Assembly: GCF_038025025.1 (NCBI RefSeq)
Contig: NW_027117339.1
Span: 1,860,001 to 1,924,000 of the forward strand
Direction: 5' to 3'
DNA length: 64,000 nt
From: Phyllosticta citribraziliensis
Taxonomy: Eukaryota
Of the stretch, positions 11,131 through 22,780 are shown in pieces (position 1 is the stretch's first letter; each line of letters opens with the position of its first letter). Under the pieces are notes generated by a model. The model was not told the DNA's origin, ran no database searches, and saw nothing but the letters and a program-made list of their open reading frames with translations. A program made the translations under genes and the position numbers.

Positions 11131-13725
11131 ATGTTGCCAAAGCCATTGTCTCATCGCCAAGGCGCCTTTGCCAACTCGGTTTCCCCCGCGCTATCCGTCG
11201 TCGCGTCCCGCGCCCTCGAACAACCTCGACCCGCACCTTTTACGCGAAGATGGAATCGACAATGTACTCGCCCAGTCGTGACCAAGATGAAAGAGCATGG
11301 GAAAGATGATGGAGATCGATTGCACAATCCCCAAATGACCTCGAGATATCCCCATCCTGGAGCAGGAATAATCCAGCATGGTGGCTCGGGCGTGTCTCGA
11401 AAGGAACGCGGGCCTTCACCCCACAATCTGCAACTTCTAAACCAAGTAGTTGGCCAACATGTGGGGACAAAGACCGCGCTCCGAGATTCCACAGCACAAG
11501 TATTCAAGATTCGCCAAAGCACTCGCGCATACTCGTCAGAACAAGACAACTACTTGGTCGAGGATAAAGACCCTGATACCGAAGATGGGTCACTTCCTGC
11601 TATATACGCAGACCCGGTTATCTTTGGGCCAAGGTATCGGTCGACCATGAGAGCAGTGTATATCTTGAAGGCGGCTGAAACCCCCTATGAGGTCTCAGAA
11701 CCCATTCGCAAACTGTTTGAGATCTCCGAAAATTACAAACCGGTGGATCAGCTGCCATTCCTCGACAAATGGTGGATCCAAATCAGCGCCCAATACGCCG
11801 CCAAATGGGATACTCGACTTCCCCCCGAGTTGAGGACATCACGTCTCAATGTAAACGCTTCTACTGAGCATACCGTCAATTGTCTTCTTCAGGACGGGAC
11901 CAACTATGAAGCCATTCGAGATGTCTGGATAGGTGAGATGCGCCGCAGGCTTTCGCCAGAAGCCAAAAGACTTGTTTTCTGCGAATGTCTGTTGTGGATC
12001 ATCGCAAACAGGCCTCATCTCTCACTCAACTACATTCAGGCCCTCGGTGCAGGCAACAAAGCCATGTCGTACATCCTCGCGGACGCATTTGAGTTTATAG
12101 CCGACCGCTACTTGGAACTCAAGGAACCTTTACCTCCGCGATTCCACTCGGTACTGACCGCGATTCTACTCGGTACTGACAATATGACCTTGTCTCCACG
12201 AATATCCACTGGACTCTCCCAGAAGCTTGTCCACCGAGTGCTGCAAACAGCTTCTCTGGATCAAGCGCAGAAATTCTGGCAGACATGCATATCTCATTCC
12301 TTTAGAGCGTCAGTCCCGACGTTCCTGGCGGCCGCCTACAGGTTCGCCTTTCTGGGCGACTATGAAACGTCGATTAAGCTTTTAAAAGACTCAATGAGAG
12401 TTGGGATGAGGACATCTGCCCAATCCGTTGTCAACGTCGCCAGAAGTATACTTCGCTTCAGCGCAGTCAAGGCTGGGGCGTATAGCGCGGGCTTGGAGAT
12501 TCTGCAAGTGTTTGTAGACATGAACATGACGATCGACTCGCCGCTCATCACAATTCACATACACAATGCCATGGAGGCTGGCGACGTGCGCAGTGCTCTT
12601 CGGTTCTATGACAGGATGAGGGAAGCACAGATGTATGTCAACGATTACACATACACCATCGTCCTCAGCGGCCTCAAAAGAGCTGCCTCCGAAGATGTCG
12701 CTGCGATGCGAGTGGTTCTCGTGCACGCAATGGACGCTTTGCCTACCCTCAAACGTCCGCATTATGTCGCCACAGAGATCCTCCACTACACCTATCTTCA
12801 GCGATTCAAGTTTCAAACCATGGATGATGGACGAAAATTCATGGTGGCAAACAGAAAAGCCTTCTCTGCGGTGGCCCAGACTTATTGTCAATACTTCGAC
12901 CCGGAACCACTGCGATATCTCGGCATCCCGGAAGAGTTTTTGGCCTCCCCACCGCCTGAGATACCAATGGAAACGACGGCACCCCCGATCAGGCTGACTG
13001 TCGGTGCCTTCCTCCACCATGTCGCCTACACCTCACCGGGAGACCTACCTCAGATGTTTGACAGCTTTGTTGATAAGCTGAAGCGCGACGAGAATCCGCG
13101 AATGGTAGAACTTGTTGCCACGAACCACATCTACAATGCGTTTTTGATGGCTTTATGTGAAAACGAATCGACCTTGGGGAAGATTCCGGACGTCCTAGTG
13201 CACATGGTCGACAAGGAAATCCACAAAGGAGGACCCATGACTTCGGTGCACACATGGAACATCCTGATCACAGGATTTATGCGACACAAGCAGATTGCCG
13301 CCGTCCGCCGTGTGACGAAGATCATGCAAGACCTTGGTGAGGAACCCAACGAGGTCACTTGGAACTCTTTGGTGCTGGGGTGGCTCCGAAACGAAGAACT
13401 CGAAATGGCCGTCGAGACTATGAAGACGATGGAACGCAAGAAAATGAAGATTAATGAGAGAACTTTGCGGGAGATTTCTTTCAGTCGCAAGGGACCTAAA
13501 ATTGTGGAAGCCATGAAACGAGACGACGAGGACTACTTGGTGCCAGAAGACTCGGAGGAGCCCGCGGTGGAAGACGCAGTCGAGGGGCAGCATGACCCCG
13601 AAGTCAGCCGTTCCGAAGGAGGCCCCTCTCAAAGACTCATACACAGGGTCTACGTCGACAGTCCCCGAGTTATACAACCATTCGTCCGAAATGGTCATGA
13701 CGCGCGATCCACCTGGAAGAAATGA
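11131..13725 (+). CDS. Pentatricopeptide-repeat (PPR) protein, probably mitochondrial
   Basis: 864-aa ORF with PPR-like helices: VNDYTYTIVLSG, SVHTWNILITGFMRHKQ and EPNEVTWNSLVLGWLRNEELEMAVETMKTM. Basic N-terminus. Confidence 0.85.
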   Translation: MLPKPLSHRQGAFANSVSPALSVVASRALEQPRPAPFTRRWNRQCTRPVVTKMKEHGKDDGDRLHNPQMTSRYPHPGAGIIQHGGSGVSRKERGPSPHNLQLLNQVVGQHVGTKTALRDSTAQVFKIRQSTRAYSSEQDNYLVEDKDPDTEDGSLPAIYADPVIFGPRYRSTMRAVYILKAAETPYEVSEPIRKLFEISENYKPVDQLPFLDKWWIQISAQYAAKWDTRLPPELRTSRLNVNASTEHTVNCLLQDGTNYEAIRDVWIGEMRRRLSPEAKRLVFCECLLWIIANRPHLSLNYIQALGAGNKAMSYILADAFEFIADRYLELKEPLPPRFHSVLTAILLGTDNMTLSPRISTGLSQKLVHRVLQTASLDQAQKFWQTCISHSFRASVPTFLAAAYRFAFLGDYETSIKLLKDSMRVGMRTSAQSVVNVARSILRFSAVKAGAYSAGLEILQVFVDMNMTIDSPLITIHIHNAMEAGDVRSALRFYDRMREAQMYVNDYTYTIVLSGLKRAASEDVAAMRVVLVHAMDALPTLKRPHYVATEILHYTYLQRFKFQTMDDGRKFMVANRKAFSAVAQTYCQYFDPEPLRYLGIPEEFLASPPPEIPMETTAPPIRLTVGAFLHHVAYTSPGDLPQMFDSFVDKLKRDENPRMVELVATNHIYNAFLMALCENESTLGKIPDVLVHMVDKEIHKGGPMTSVHTWNILITGFMRHKQIAAVRRVTKIMQDLGEEPNEVTWNSLVLGWLRNEELEMAVETMKTMERKKMKINERTLREISFSRKGPKIVEAMKRDDEDYLVPEDSEEPAVEDAVEGQHDPEVSRSEGGPSQRLIHRVYVDSPRVIQPFVRNGHDARSTWKK

Positions 13726-16700
13726 GGGCAGCCTTCAAACGCCTTGGACTCAAAAGCAGTCAAAGATACAGGTGCTTGCTTGCTGAGTGCCGGGCCTGCG
13801 CTCCAAGCTAGAAAAGACAAGGTCAAGATGAGCTGTCCCAACTGGAACAGGATTGAAAGCTGCGTGGTCCCGAGCACACAGATCTTTTCACTATCCTACT
13901 CCCGGTGGCAGCGTCAAGCCACGCAGCTATGTCTACTCCATTTCAATTTATCTTGCAAATCATCCACACTTTCAACTCCGACTCAGAATGGCTGGGAGCC
14001 TATTCGGTCCAAGGCCCAATGCAGCAAGAGTCGCATTATTCGCACATCGTTGGGAACCTTTGGGCGGAGACTAGGTCAGCCACGAGAGCGGACACAAGAC
14101 GCATGCTGCGCCTCTCATTGAAAAATCTCGCATTGGCGCAGCATCAACTCTCGGCGGCATTCTCCGCTGACATGCGTGCGTTCAAACTGTCCAAAAAAGC
14201 ACCAAAGTCATCCATGTACCGCTCAAGAGAACAGCCAAAACTTCATCGGAAGACTGTTCCAGCGCTCCTCACTTCAGCCGCAAGAAGCAGCCAGGCGACG
14301 TTCTCCTCAAACGCAGCTACCCGCGCTTTGCAGCTGTCATGAAATCAGCTCCTGGGCATGGCGTAGTCTTTAGACGGCACTGGGAACCATGTTAAGCATT
14401 TCTTGGGCCGAGGCTGAAGAGAAAGGCGCACGACGTTCCCTTGAGCTTGTGCCGACCAATGAGATTCGTCTGAGCCGACCCTTGCCCGAGTTTCCGCTGC
14501 CCGCGCCGCCGTCTCACGAGCACACTGCTTCTTTGCGCCCTGCGCCACGGTCCCGTCCATGGCCGCAACCCAAATCCATGGTCATTGCACCATTCACCTG
14601 GATAGCAACCAAGCCTCGTTCCTTCCCGTCGCCCACACTGGGTGAGTTCAGCGTACCAATTTTGGGCTCGCCTCGCGGTTGATCATTTCGCCATTAGCAG
14701 CACCTGCGCCGGCAATTGACACGAATTGAGCCCAAGCATCCTGTCCCGCTTGGCAGCAGGCTCTGTTTCGCCCTTGGAAACTCCGCTTGCTCTCTTGGGC
14801 CCCCCTGTCTCACCCCCTCCTGGCTTGATACTCGACTACATGTCTTCCTTCGTCTCGCATTGTCTCGCCTGGTTTTGTCTCTGTGTTCCCGTCTTCCCGC
14901 GCCCCGCTCAATCGAGATGGTCCATTCCTGTCGGTCCCGCGGCGGTAACGGGCCTGCCCGTCCGTTTGGGCGCCCATCTCTCAAACCCACGCTGCCCCGG
15001 ATTCGTCAAGGGATGTCATCAAAATCACCACGCTTGATCCTCGGCACTTTGGACGGGCGTTGATGTTAACTGGTGTACCAAACGATGGATCGCACGAGGG
15101 TGAGTCTAAGAGCGGGACAAGGAAGCTTGAGGTTCCGCCAAGCTGAGGCTGGTCGAGCTCTGGACCAAAGCGTATGGATGACTGGTAGACTTGCCGAGAC
15201 TCAAAAAAATGAATACATTCAGATCAATCAAGTGTCTTTTCGCTGTACATGCCGGACCAAGCTAACCAGACCATCTCGCCTACGCGCCGTGACGGCTCCG
15301 CGACGGCTCCGTCATGGCCAACACCACACACATTACATGCGCTTCGGCACTTGTAGCGCACATGGAGCCGAGGGCGCGGCGCTGCTGAGCACCAACCTAT
15401 CGACTCGCCCCGCAAGACCAAACCAGTGGGTTGGATCCGAGCGAGCGCAAGTTGCCAGAGTAGGAAAGAGCAGGTGCTTGCGGCTCGCTAAACTCCAAGC
15501 AATCCATCCATCCGTCTGACAGTCTATCCGGCCGAATCCTTCAGCCCATTAAACCCATGTCAACACGCACATGTCGAGAGGTCCGAGGTTTTCTTTTCGT
15601 TGTCGTCAACACCGGACGGCCTTTTACTTCCGCGTCGCGGCTGTTACTTGTTTCGGTGTGAGGTAGAGTCATTGATGTTTTGCGCTGCGTCGCCACCACC
15701 GCCACCACAAGAGCTCCGCGAACAGCCGCCCGTAGATCCGCGCCCGGACATGTCATAGCGAGCAATCTGACCACCTGACCTATCCGTCCGTCCATCCATC
15801 CAGAGAGAGGAAGAGACGGACAAACCACTCCTCGACAAGGCGGCGGCAGGGAGCGCGCGCGTGGCGGCATCGGACCAACCGAAAGAAGAAAGCGGGCGAG
15901 CATTTGGCGAGGAAGAAGGATGAACGGCTGGCTGGAGGGAGTGTCGCGGCTTTTGCTTTTTCCTCTTTTCTTCTCGCAAAGGAAGACGCCCCGCGAGCGC
16001 CCTAGTGATCCTTCCCGCTTTCTGTCTTACTTTGCGGCCCCCTTTTCCCCAGCGCCGTGGCTTTGAGCGGCTGGCTGGCATGGGAGGGCGACGGGATTGG
16101 ATGGATTGGGGTTGGGACTTTGGTTTCGTTTGGTCTGCAGGGTTGCGGTTCTGGGGGGGGAGACCATTTCAGGAGGAGAGCGGAGCACGACCAAAGGTAC
16201 CGTCTGGTGCGGACCGAGTTCAACATGGATGTATTTGCAGTAACTATCAACAAGCCAAGAACTCCGAAAGCCTACCTACCATATCTCACGCGCGCTCGCC
16301 TCAACTAACTCCCGCACGTCAACGTCAGCCAAACCACAGGAAGCGCGCGACCCAGATGTATGCATGCATGCACGCCAACAACGCCTCCACCAACCCACTC
16401 TACCGAGATCTCTCGCCTCAGCCTCAGATCGGCTCGGGCGCCTCACCGCGCCACCCGCTCTTTCCCCCCGCAGTCCTGTATGCGGGTATAAGCTCGCTTG
16501 CATGCGCGGAAAAAGGAAACGCCAGAAAGAAGGAAAAAGAAAGAAAGAAAGACTGTGGCTTGCCCCGCCGCAGTGGCGATGACGACGTGTGGCGTTTGAG
16601 AGAGGGAATGTAGCAGCGAGAAGAATTGATATCTGATGGGGAGGGAAAAGGAAACATGAGTCTGTGGAATCTTTTGATAGCCCATTGGCGTGCAGGAGGG

Positions 16701-17065
16701 GGGTGGGGAGAGGATTACTCCGACGATGACGGAAACTATATTTACGGTATGCAGGAACGAGGGAGAAGGAAGAAATAGACTGACAGACAGGCTGTATCAG
16801 CGGCGTTCGTCGTCGTCAGGCACATGGGTACACGTCGATAGAACCTTCAAACCAAGCACCTATCGTAATCAGATGCGTAGGCGAAAGGCCGAGAATAGCA
16901 TATCAGCGGCGGCGCTTCCATCGGCCTCGACCGCCTGTCGATTGGAACAAAACAAGAAAGAAAAGCCAAACACCCAGCGAGCGGGTGGCTGCACGACATT
17001 ACGCATCTCGCCCGGATATGTACACTTTCATCAGAGGTCCTCGTTTATCTGACATGCATGCTTGC

Positions 17066-17284
17066 CGCAGCAGCAGCAGCAGCATCAGCGCTGTCAAAGA
17101 TGTGCGTAGCCGTCTCTGTCTTCCTGACGGATAGATACATGCATGCTTCGGTTGGTTGGTTGGTTGGTTGCATATGCAATGCAATGCAATGCAGCGCGGG
17201 CCGCCTCGCAGCGCAGCAACAGCCGTGGGTGAGTCTTACCTGCATACCCTGAACCCCCATACATACTTCATTTTTTTTTTTTTT
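17066..17284. repeat. Cluster of simple repeats (GCA)n, (TTGG)n, (ATGCA)n and poly-T
   Basis: Read directly from the sequence. Confidence 0.85.
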
Positions 17285-18835
17285 CCTACCTTGGAAGCTG
17301 AATGGGAACAGAGCGAAAGCGGAGCAATGACCGGAAACGGAGGCGAGTGTTGATTGTGAATTTGTTGCCCCCTGTGTTTCTTTTGGGACTGGTGTTTGAG
17401 TTACCTGTAATAGCTGAGAGGGGGAAAACGCGGCTGCTAGTGTGAGAGAGGATGAAGGAAAAGTGAATTCGGAGCAAAGGAATATGAAGCAGTGATGTGC
17501 AGGAATTTCTTGTGGTCTCTTGAGGGCACCAGTCTTAAGATTGTTGAACTCTTGATAAAGAAAAAAGCCACATCATCCGCCGTAAATCAATGCTCACAAG
17601 TAAACAAATACGTTGAGGTGCACCGCGCAGTTTTGACCGTCGCTAAGTCCCAGCAGCAGATCAGATGAACTTTTCGCACTAACAGAGTGTACATACCTAC
17701 CTACCTTCGCTGCCTTCCTGTCAAAAGCGACGACGTCCAACCCAGGTACCCCTACTCCCCCATAACCCGGGCATGCGGCTCGTTTGTCTCATCTCGTCTC
17801 GCCATGTTCCTTCCTATTGCAGCTCCTGGGTCGCCTCCTGCCACGCACGACCGTATTCCCTACCTTAGCCTCGCCGATGCCCTTTCCCCCCTTGTTTCCC
17901 GGCTGCGGTGGCTGGAGCCGAAGCTGCCTCAGGCAGTGTCGGATCTGGTTAGGCCAACAAAAGCTACGACAACTCACGCATATCTGAGATCTGAGATCTG
18001 AGATCAGACGGTTGCCCACTTACTCACTTGCTACATGGTGGCAAGACACGCGACGTGATGCGATACAATACTAGTGTGCTCACTTGGAATCTTCTGCGGC
18101 GCCCTGCTCTCGTCATCCAGCTCGGTCTGCGTCCCTTGGGCAGCTGAATGTGTGGATGGCTGGGTGACGGGTGTGGAGGGCTAGGTCAGGCTGTCCAAAC
18201 AGGTGGGCCGAGGGCAGCTCAGCTGCGGCCTCTAGGATGCAACAGAGTGGGGCAAAAATAGGGGCAGCGAGAAAGGTGGAAAGCGAAAGGACAGAGGGGA
18301 TGGCGCACGATGGCGACGCAAACGAAGTGGGAAAGAAAGAGGTGAGAGAAGATAGGATGGCTGCAACTGGTAGTTTTGCAGGTGGAATCCGATGGGTGTG
18401 CTCCTCCGAGACGGGAGCACTTCCTCCCGTCCGGCCAACACAACAACGACGCAAGACAATGCAAGGCGGCGGAAACCGGCAAAGTGACTGGGAGGTCGGG
18501 GCTGGGGTCTAGGGCAAGGCGGATGGTCGGGAGAGCGCGAAACAGCCGGACCGGACGCAGGCGGGGCTGAGCTGGATGGACAAAGAGACGATGTTTTGCG
18601 GGGACAGGGAGGGAGGGAGCGCAGCGGATTCGTTGGGCGCCAGTCACTACGCGGATTTTTATTGTTGGTGATTGGGATTGATCGTTTTAGGAGACAGTCT
18701 TCTTCGTCCTGCAATGTTGGCAATATTGCGAGACTGAAAGCGGAACAGATGAGGCCCGCTGGAGCGGGAGAGCATGCGGTTTGAATGAGGTTGTAGATTG
18801 ACTGTCGTTTGACGCAAGGAGCAGGGAGGGAATTG

Positions 18836-18861
18836 AAAAAAAAAAAAAAAAAAAAAAAAAA
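18836..18861 (+). repeat. Poly-A tract (26 nt)
   Basis: Read directly from the sequence. Confidence 0.95.
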
Positions 18862-20020
18862 GAGGTCATGGTGCAAGGGGGGTGTGTATTGAGAAAACTA
18901 CACATTGCCAGATTCACAATGTGCTGGAAACCTCAAAAAAGGCATGATCCCTCCTACCTGGACAACTAGAGTCTCGTCGCGAAGAGAAGGATGCCGAGGA
19001 CGAAATCGTGGGACAGGCCGAACAGTAATTGGGAGCGGCACTGGATCTACTGGCGCAACGGATCAGCACCATTCGATCAGCCAACAACACGAACAATAAG
19101 TCATTGAATGCCGACACGTTGTCGCGCCCTGTGTAGGGCGGGCGAGCAGAGGAGGCCAAAGACAGGGCAAGGTCGGCAGGGCTACCCCTGGCCAAGGAGG
19201 CTCTCAACGGCGGCTACGTTGCGCCATGATGTCGATGTTGTTGGGGTTTGCGTGCCAGGCACGCCTCCTCCCAAGCATGCCCCGTCGTGCCAGAGTGTCA
19301 GGAGTAGGGCAGTTGCAAGTAGTTTCGCGATTTGGTCGGTACGCACCAAGCGTTGGCGAGCCGAATCGCCCAGTCTTGGCCAAGGCTGCGGCGCTAAGGG
19401 GAGAACGGACGGATGGTTCCATGGATGTTGGTGGTGGTGGTGGGGAGAGAAGCGTTTCGCATTGCCCAAAGACGGAGCGTGATGATTCTGATCGACTGGA
19501 TCGCACGTGGTGTTTCACCTGACTAGCTGGCCTTTTATGAGGTGGTGGACAGGAGAGGGCGCGAGCATCACGGATCCGGGGCAAAGAGGGGGGTTTGCTC
19601 GGCACTTTTGGGAACCGAGGGTGCGAAGGGGGGATTCTCTTGTATTGCAGCATAACAAAGCAAGGCATGAAGGCAGAAGTCGTGATTGTGCAATGGCTCA
19701 GGGTAGTTGTTGACAGGTGGGGGCGTTGTGGCGCCGTGTGTCACCAGGGACTGTTGGAAAGCAGAAGGCTGGATCGTGATAGGGGTCCTTGCTTGACCAT
19801 GGGTGGCCATGACGTGTGGGCGACGATGGAGAGTGGGCTGGAAGCAAGGGGTAGCCTAGCAGCAACGGTTTATGCGCGGCTAAGGCAGAAAGTCTGGCGA
19901 GCTAGAGAGTAGCGGCCGCAGGGCAAGGTTTGATCTACGCAGGCGGTCGTGGTACGGTGGTTTAGGGTTTGACGGAGCTGCACGGTGCGGGAGGTTGGTG
20001 AGGCATGGATGCCGTGGAGT

Positions 20021-20060
20021 GGAGGAGGAGGAGGAGGAGGAGGTGGTGGTGGTGGTGGTG
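20021..20060 (+). repeat. Compound microsatellite (GGA)n(GGT)n
   Basis: Read directly from the sequence. Confidence 0.95.
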
Positions 20061-20696
20061 ACATGGATTGAGGGTGATGTGCTCTTGGTGGTCAATGGCC
20101 CACACGAGCAGCATCATGTTGCAGGTTGAAGCGAGGTTGGCATGACGCATCAAGAGATGAGGTCGTGATGGTCGTCAGTTCCCCGGACCGTCTGGGTGAC
20201 CAATGGCAGCGGCACGTGGCGGCATTGGCCAGGAGGAGCAGTGGAGCTGCCCGATTAGGAAAGGGGACGTGTGATGGGCGGCTCTATCACCCACCCCGGC
20301 CTGCACCTCAGCAGCAGCACAGCACGTGCACTGGCAGAGGCAGACCGGGGGCGAAGAGCGCAGCGCACGGCGACTGACTCTTGGTCCGGGCAGGGACGTG
20401 GACCCACGCGTCGATATCGGAGGGTTTGCTGCTAGACAGGCAGGCCGCGTCGTTTTGCGGCGGAGATAATGGCCGACGCGTGATTCGGAGACGCAGCCGG
20501 CGACAGAAGTCGGTAGCGAGACGGCGCGTCTACAGACGCTTGAATCTTGACATGTCGCGACTTGAGGAGAGTTGGGGAAAAAAAAAAAAAAAAAAAGAAT
20601 TGTGACGTCGAGGGTCGGTCACACTGCGCAGCACTAGGCGCAAGCTCGCTGCCATCATGGTGTTTGGGGGGGGGTAAAGCGTCGGTGCCGAGAATT

Positions 20697-20760
20697 GGGA
20701 GAGGGAGAGGGAGAGGGCGAGGGCGAGGGCGAGGGCGAGGGCGAGGGCGAGGGTGAGGGC
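20697..20760 (+). repeat. Hexamer microsatellite (GAGGGM)n
   Basis: About 10 units of GAGGGA/GAGGGC. Confidence 0.95.
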
Positions 20761-21375
20761 GACGACGACGAGGGCGAAAGGAAGGGTCGAGTGGCAGGCG
20801 GTGGGGCGACCGGGATTTTGGCGCCGATCAGCAGCAGGCCCTTTGCCCTTTGGTTATTGCCGTGCTCCATGTCTGCTGCGTGCACACAATAACGGGGCCT
20901 CGGGCGCGTCCGCTGGGGTAGCCCTACAAAGGCCGTCGCCGGGGAACTGCCTGGGACTCGCAATTTCCACGCCGCCCGCTATTGGTGGGCCCGTCGAGTG
21001 CGCCGTTGGATGGTTGATAGCAGTCGTGACTGCCGGCGACATTGACATCAGCGACGTCGTCTCCAACAGCCAGCGGCCGTTGTCCCATTAGACTTGAGGC
21101 ATAAGCTTTGTGGCATCAAAGCAACAGACGGAATGCACAGATGCCCAAGGCAGAGTGGCAGAATGGACCAACAGAGGTGGACAGTGCATGAGCACCTGTG
21201 TTCGACGCGCACGCGATGCGATGGCTTGGCGGGACGGGGACCTGAGTTGAACTAAGGTAGTGCTAGAGACTGGAACCATGACTGCGGGATGCTGATGGTT
21301 GCTGCTTTGAGCGGCGCGAGAATATTGGAGATGCAGCAAACGTGGTCGGATCGTCGCGGGGGCCAACACCTGCAC

Positions 21376-21407
21376 GGGCGTGGGCGTGGGCGTGGGCGTG
21401 GGCGTGG
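21376..21407 (+). repeat. (GGGCGT)n microsatellite
   Basis: About 5 units. Confidence 0.9.
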
Positions 21408-22492
21408 AGAGGCGACCTGACGGCGGTCCGATGAGAGGTCGGGTGGTGGTTTTGATTAAGGCCTTTGGCCATAGAACAACGGTTTTGCTGGCCTGACTCG
21501 ATCACCGTGTGCCGCCCTCGTACTCGGGCAGCATAGTGGGCACATGTACAGTAGCAGGTCGAAGGGACCTCGAGTCCATTTCAGGGATCGACATGGCGGA
21601 AGAGACGGCCGATGCGGCCGGTCGTTTGTGCCTGGCGCCAGCTGCAAGCCACGCCCGCCGCGCATGCAGCAACCGAACCGTTGCCATGATGGTCGGTCAT
21701 GATGATGGCGCCGTGCCGCATTATCGACCTCGACGCTCAGCTCCGGGCCATGGGGAATACGGGCTCTCGACGACGGCAGCTGAGAAAGAGAAAGGCAAAA
21801 GACGAGTAGGCGACGGGAGGCTGCAGTCATTCATCAGTCTGTCTACGGTAGCTATGCGGCCCAGGGTCCCGCAAGGCGCCCCCCCTGCACTGCACCCCAG
21901 GGCACACGTAGAGTGCCCTTCCATGGATGCATGGTATGGTAGAGCACCATCTCTTCGCTCGCTGCTCTCTCTCTGCTCGCTGCTCTACTCTGCTCTGCTC
22001 TGCGCTTCCTTGCATCAGACACACTTCGTCCTTCCCTCCTTCCTCCCACCTCACGCAGAAACCCGCCGTGTCTGGACACCCCACCCCACCCCGCCGCGGC
22101 TGCGTCGGACGAGCATTCCAGCGCGTCACAAAACTATCGGTCCCAAAGACACGGCTCCATCCATCCTCGACCACACCAGACGTCCTCCACCTCCGCCGAC
22201 GCCCTCTGCTCTGTGCGCCACAGTCGTCTCCCCGTCTGCCCGTCTGCCCGTCACCCACACCAAATACCCTACACTCCCTCACCCTCTCTCCTGCTGCTTC
22301 ACTACTGCCTCCCTTTCCTCCCCTCCTTCTCCCCCAACCCGAGACACCACTGCTCCCAAGGATCCCCGTCCCTCGACCTTCCGTCATCGCCCGCCCTCCG
22401 CCGTCGCCGTTGTCTGGACTGCCGCGCTGCATTCTTCCCTCTCCTCTGCCCCGTTGGGCAGCCGCATTCCTCACCAACTGCCTACCTCAGCG

Positions 22493-22519
22493 ACAACAAC
22501 AACAACAACAACAACAACA
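22493..22519 (+). repeat. (ACA)n microsatellite in the RasGEF leader
   Basis: About 9 units. Confidence 0.9.
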
Positions 22520-22780
22520 TATCAACGACAAGACGTCCTCTGGCCCTGCTCTCGCCCGCCACCACTTTGACTTTTCACTCCGCCAATTTGCTCCAACACC
22601 AATCTGCACGCCACCATTCGATGCAGCCCGCAATAACGCCCTGCATTCGCCACGCTTAAATCAAACCTTCGCCCCGCTGCTCTTTTTCCGACCCAGTCCA
22701 GACCCTCGACTACTTTACCCTCGGGAGAAGCCATTCGACGACTCCGCGGCCAAGCGCCGGCAAGAGATTGGAGACTGTAA

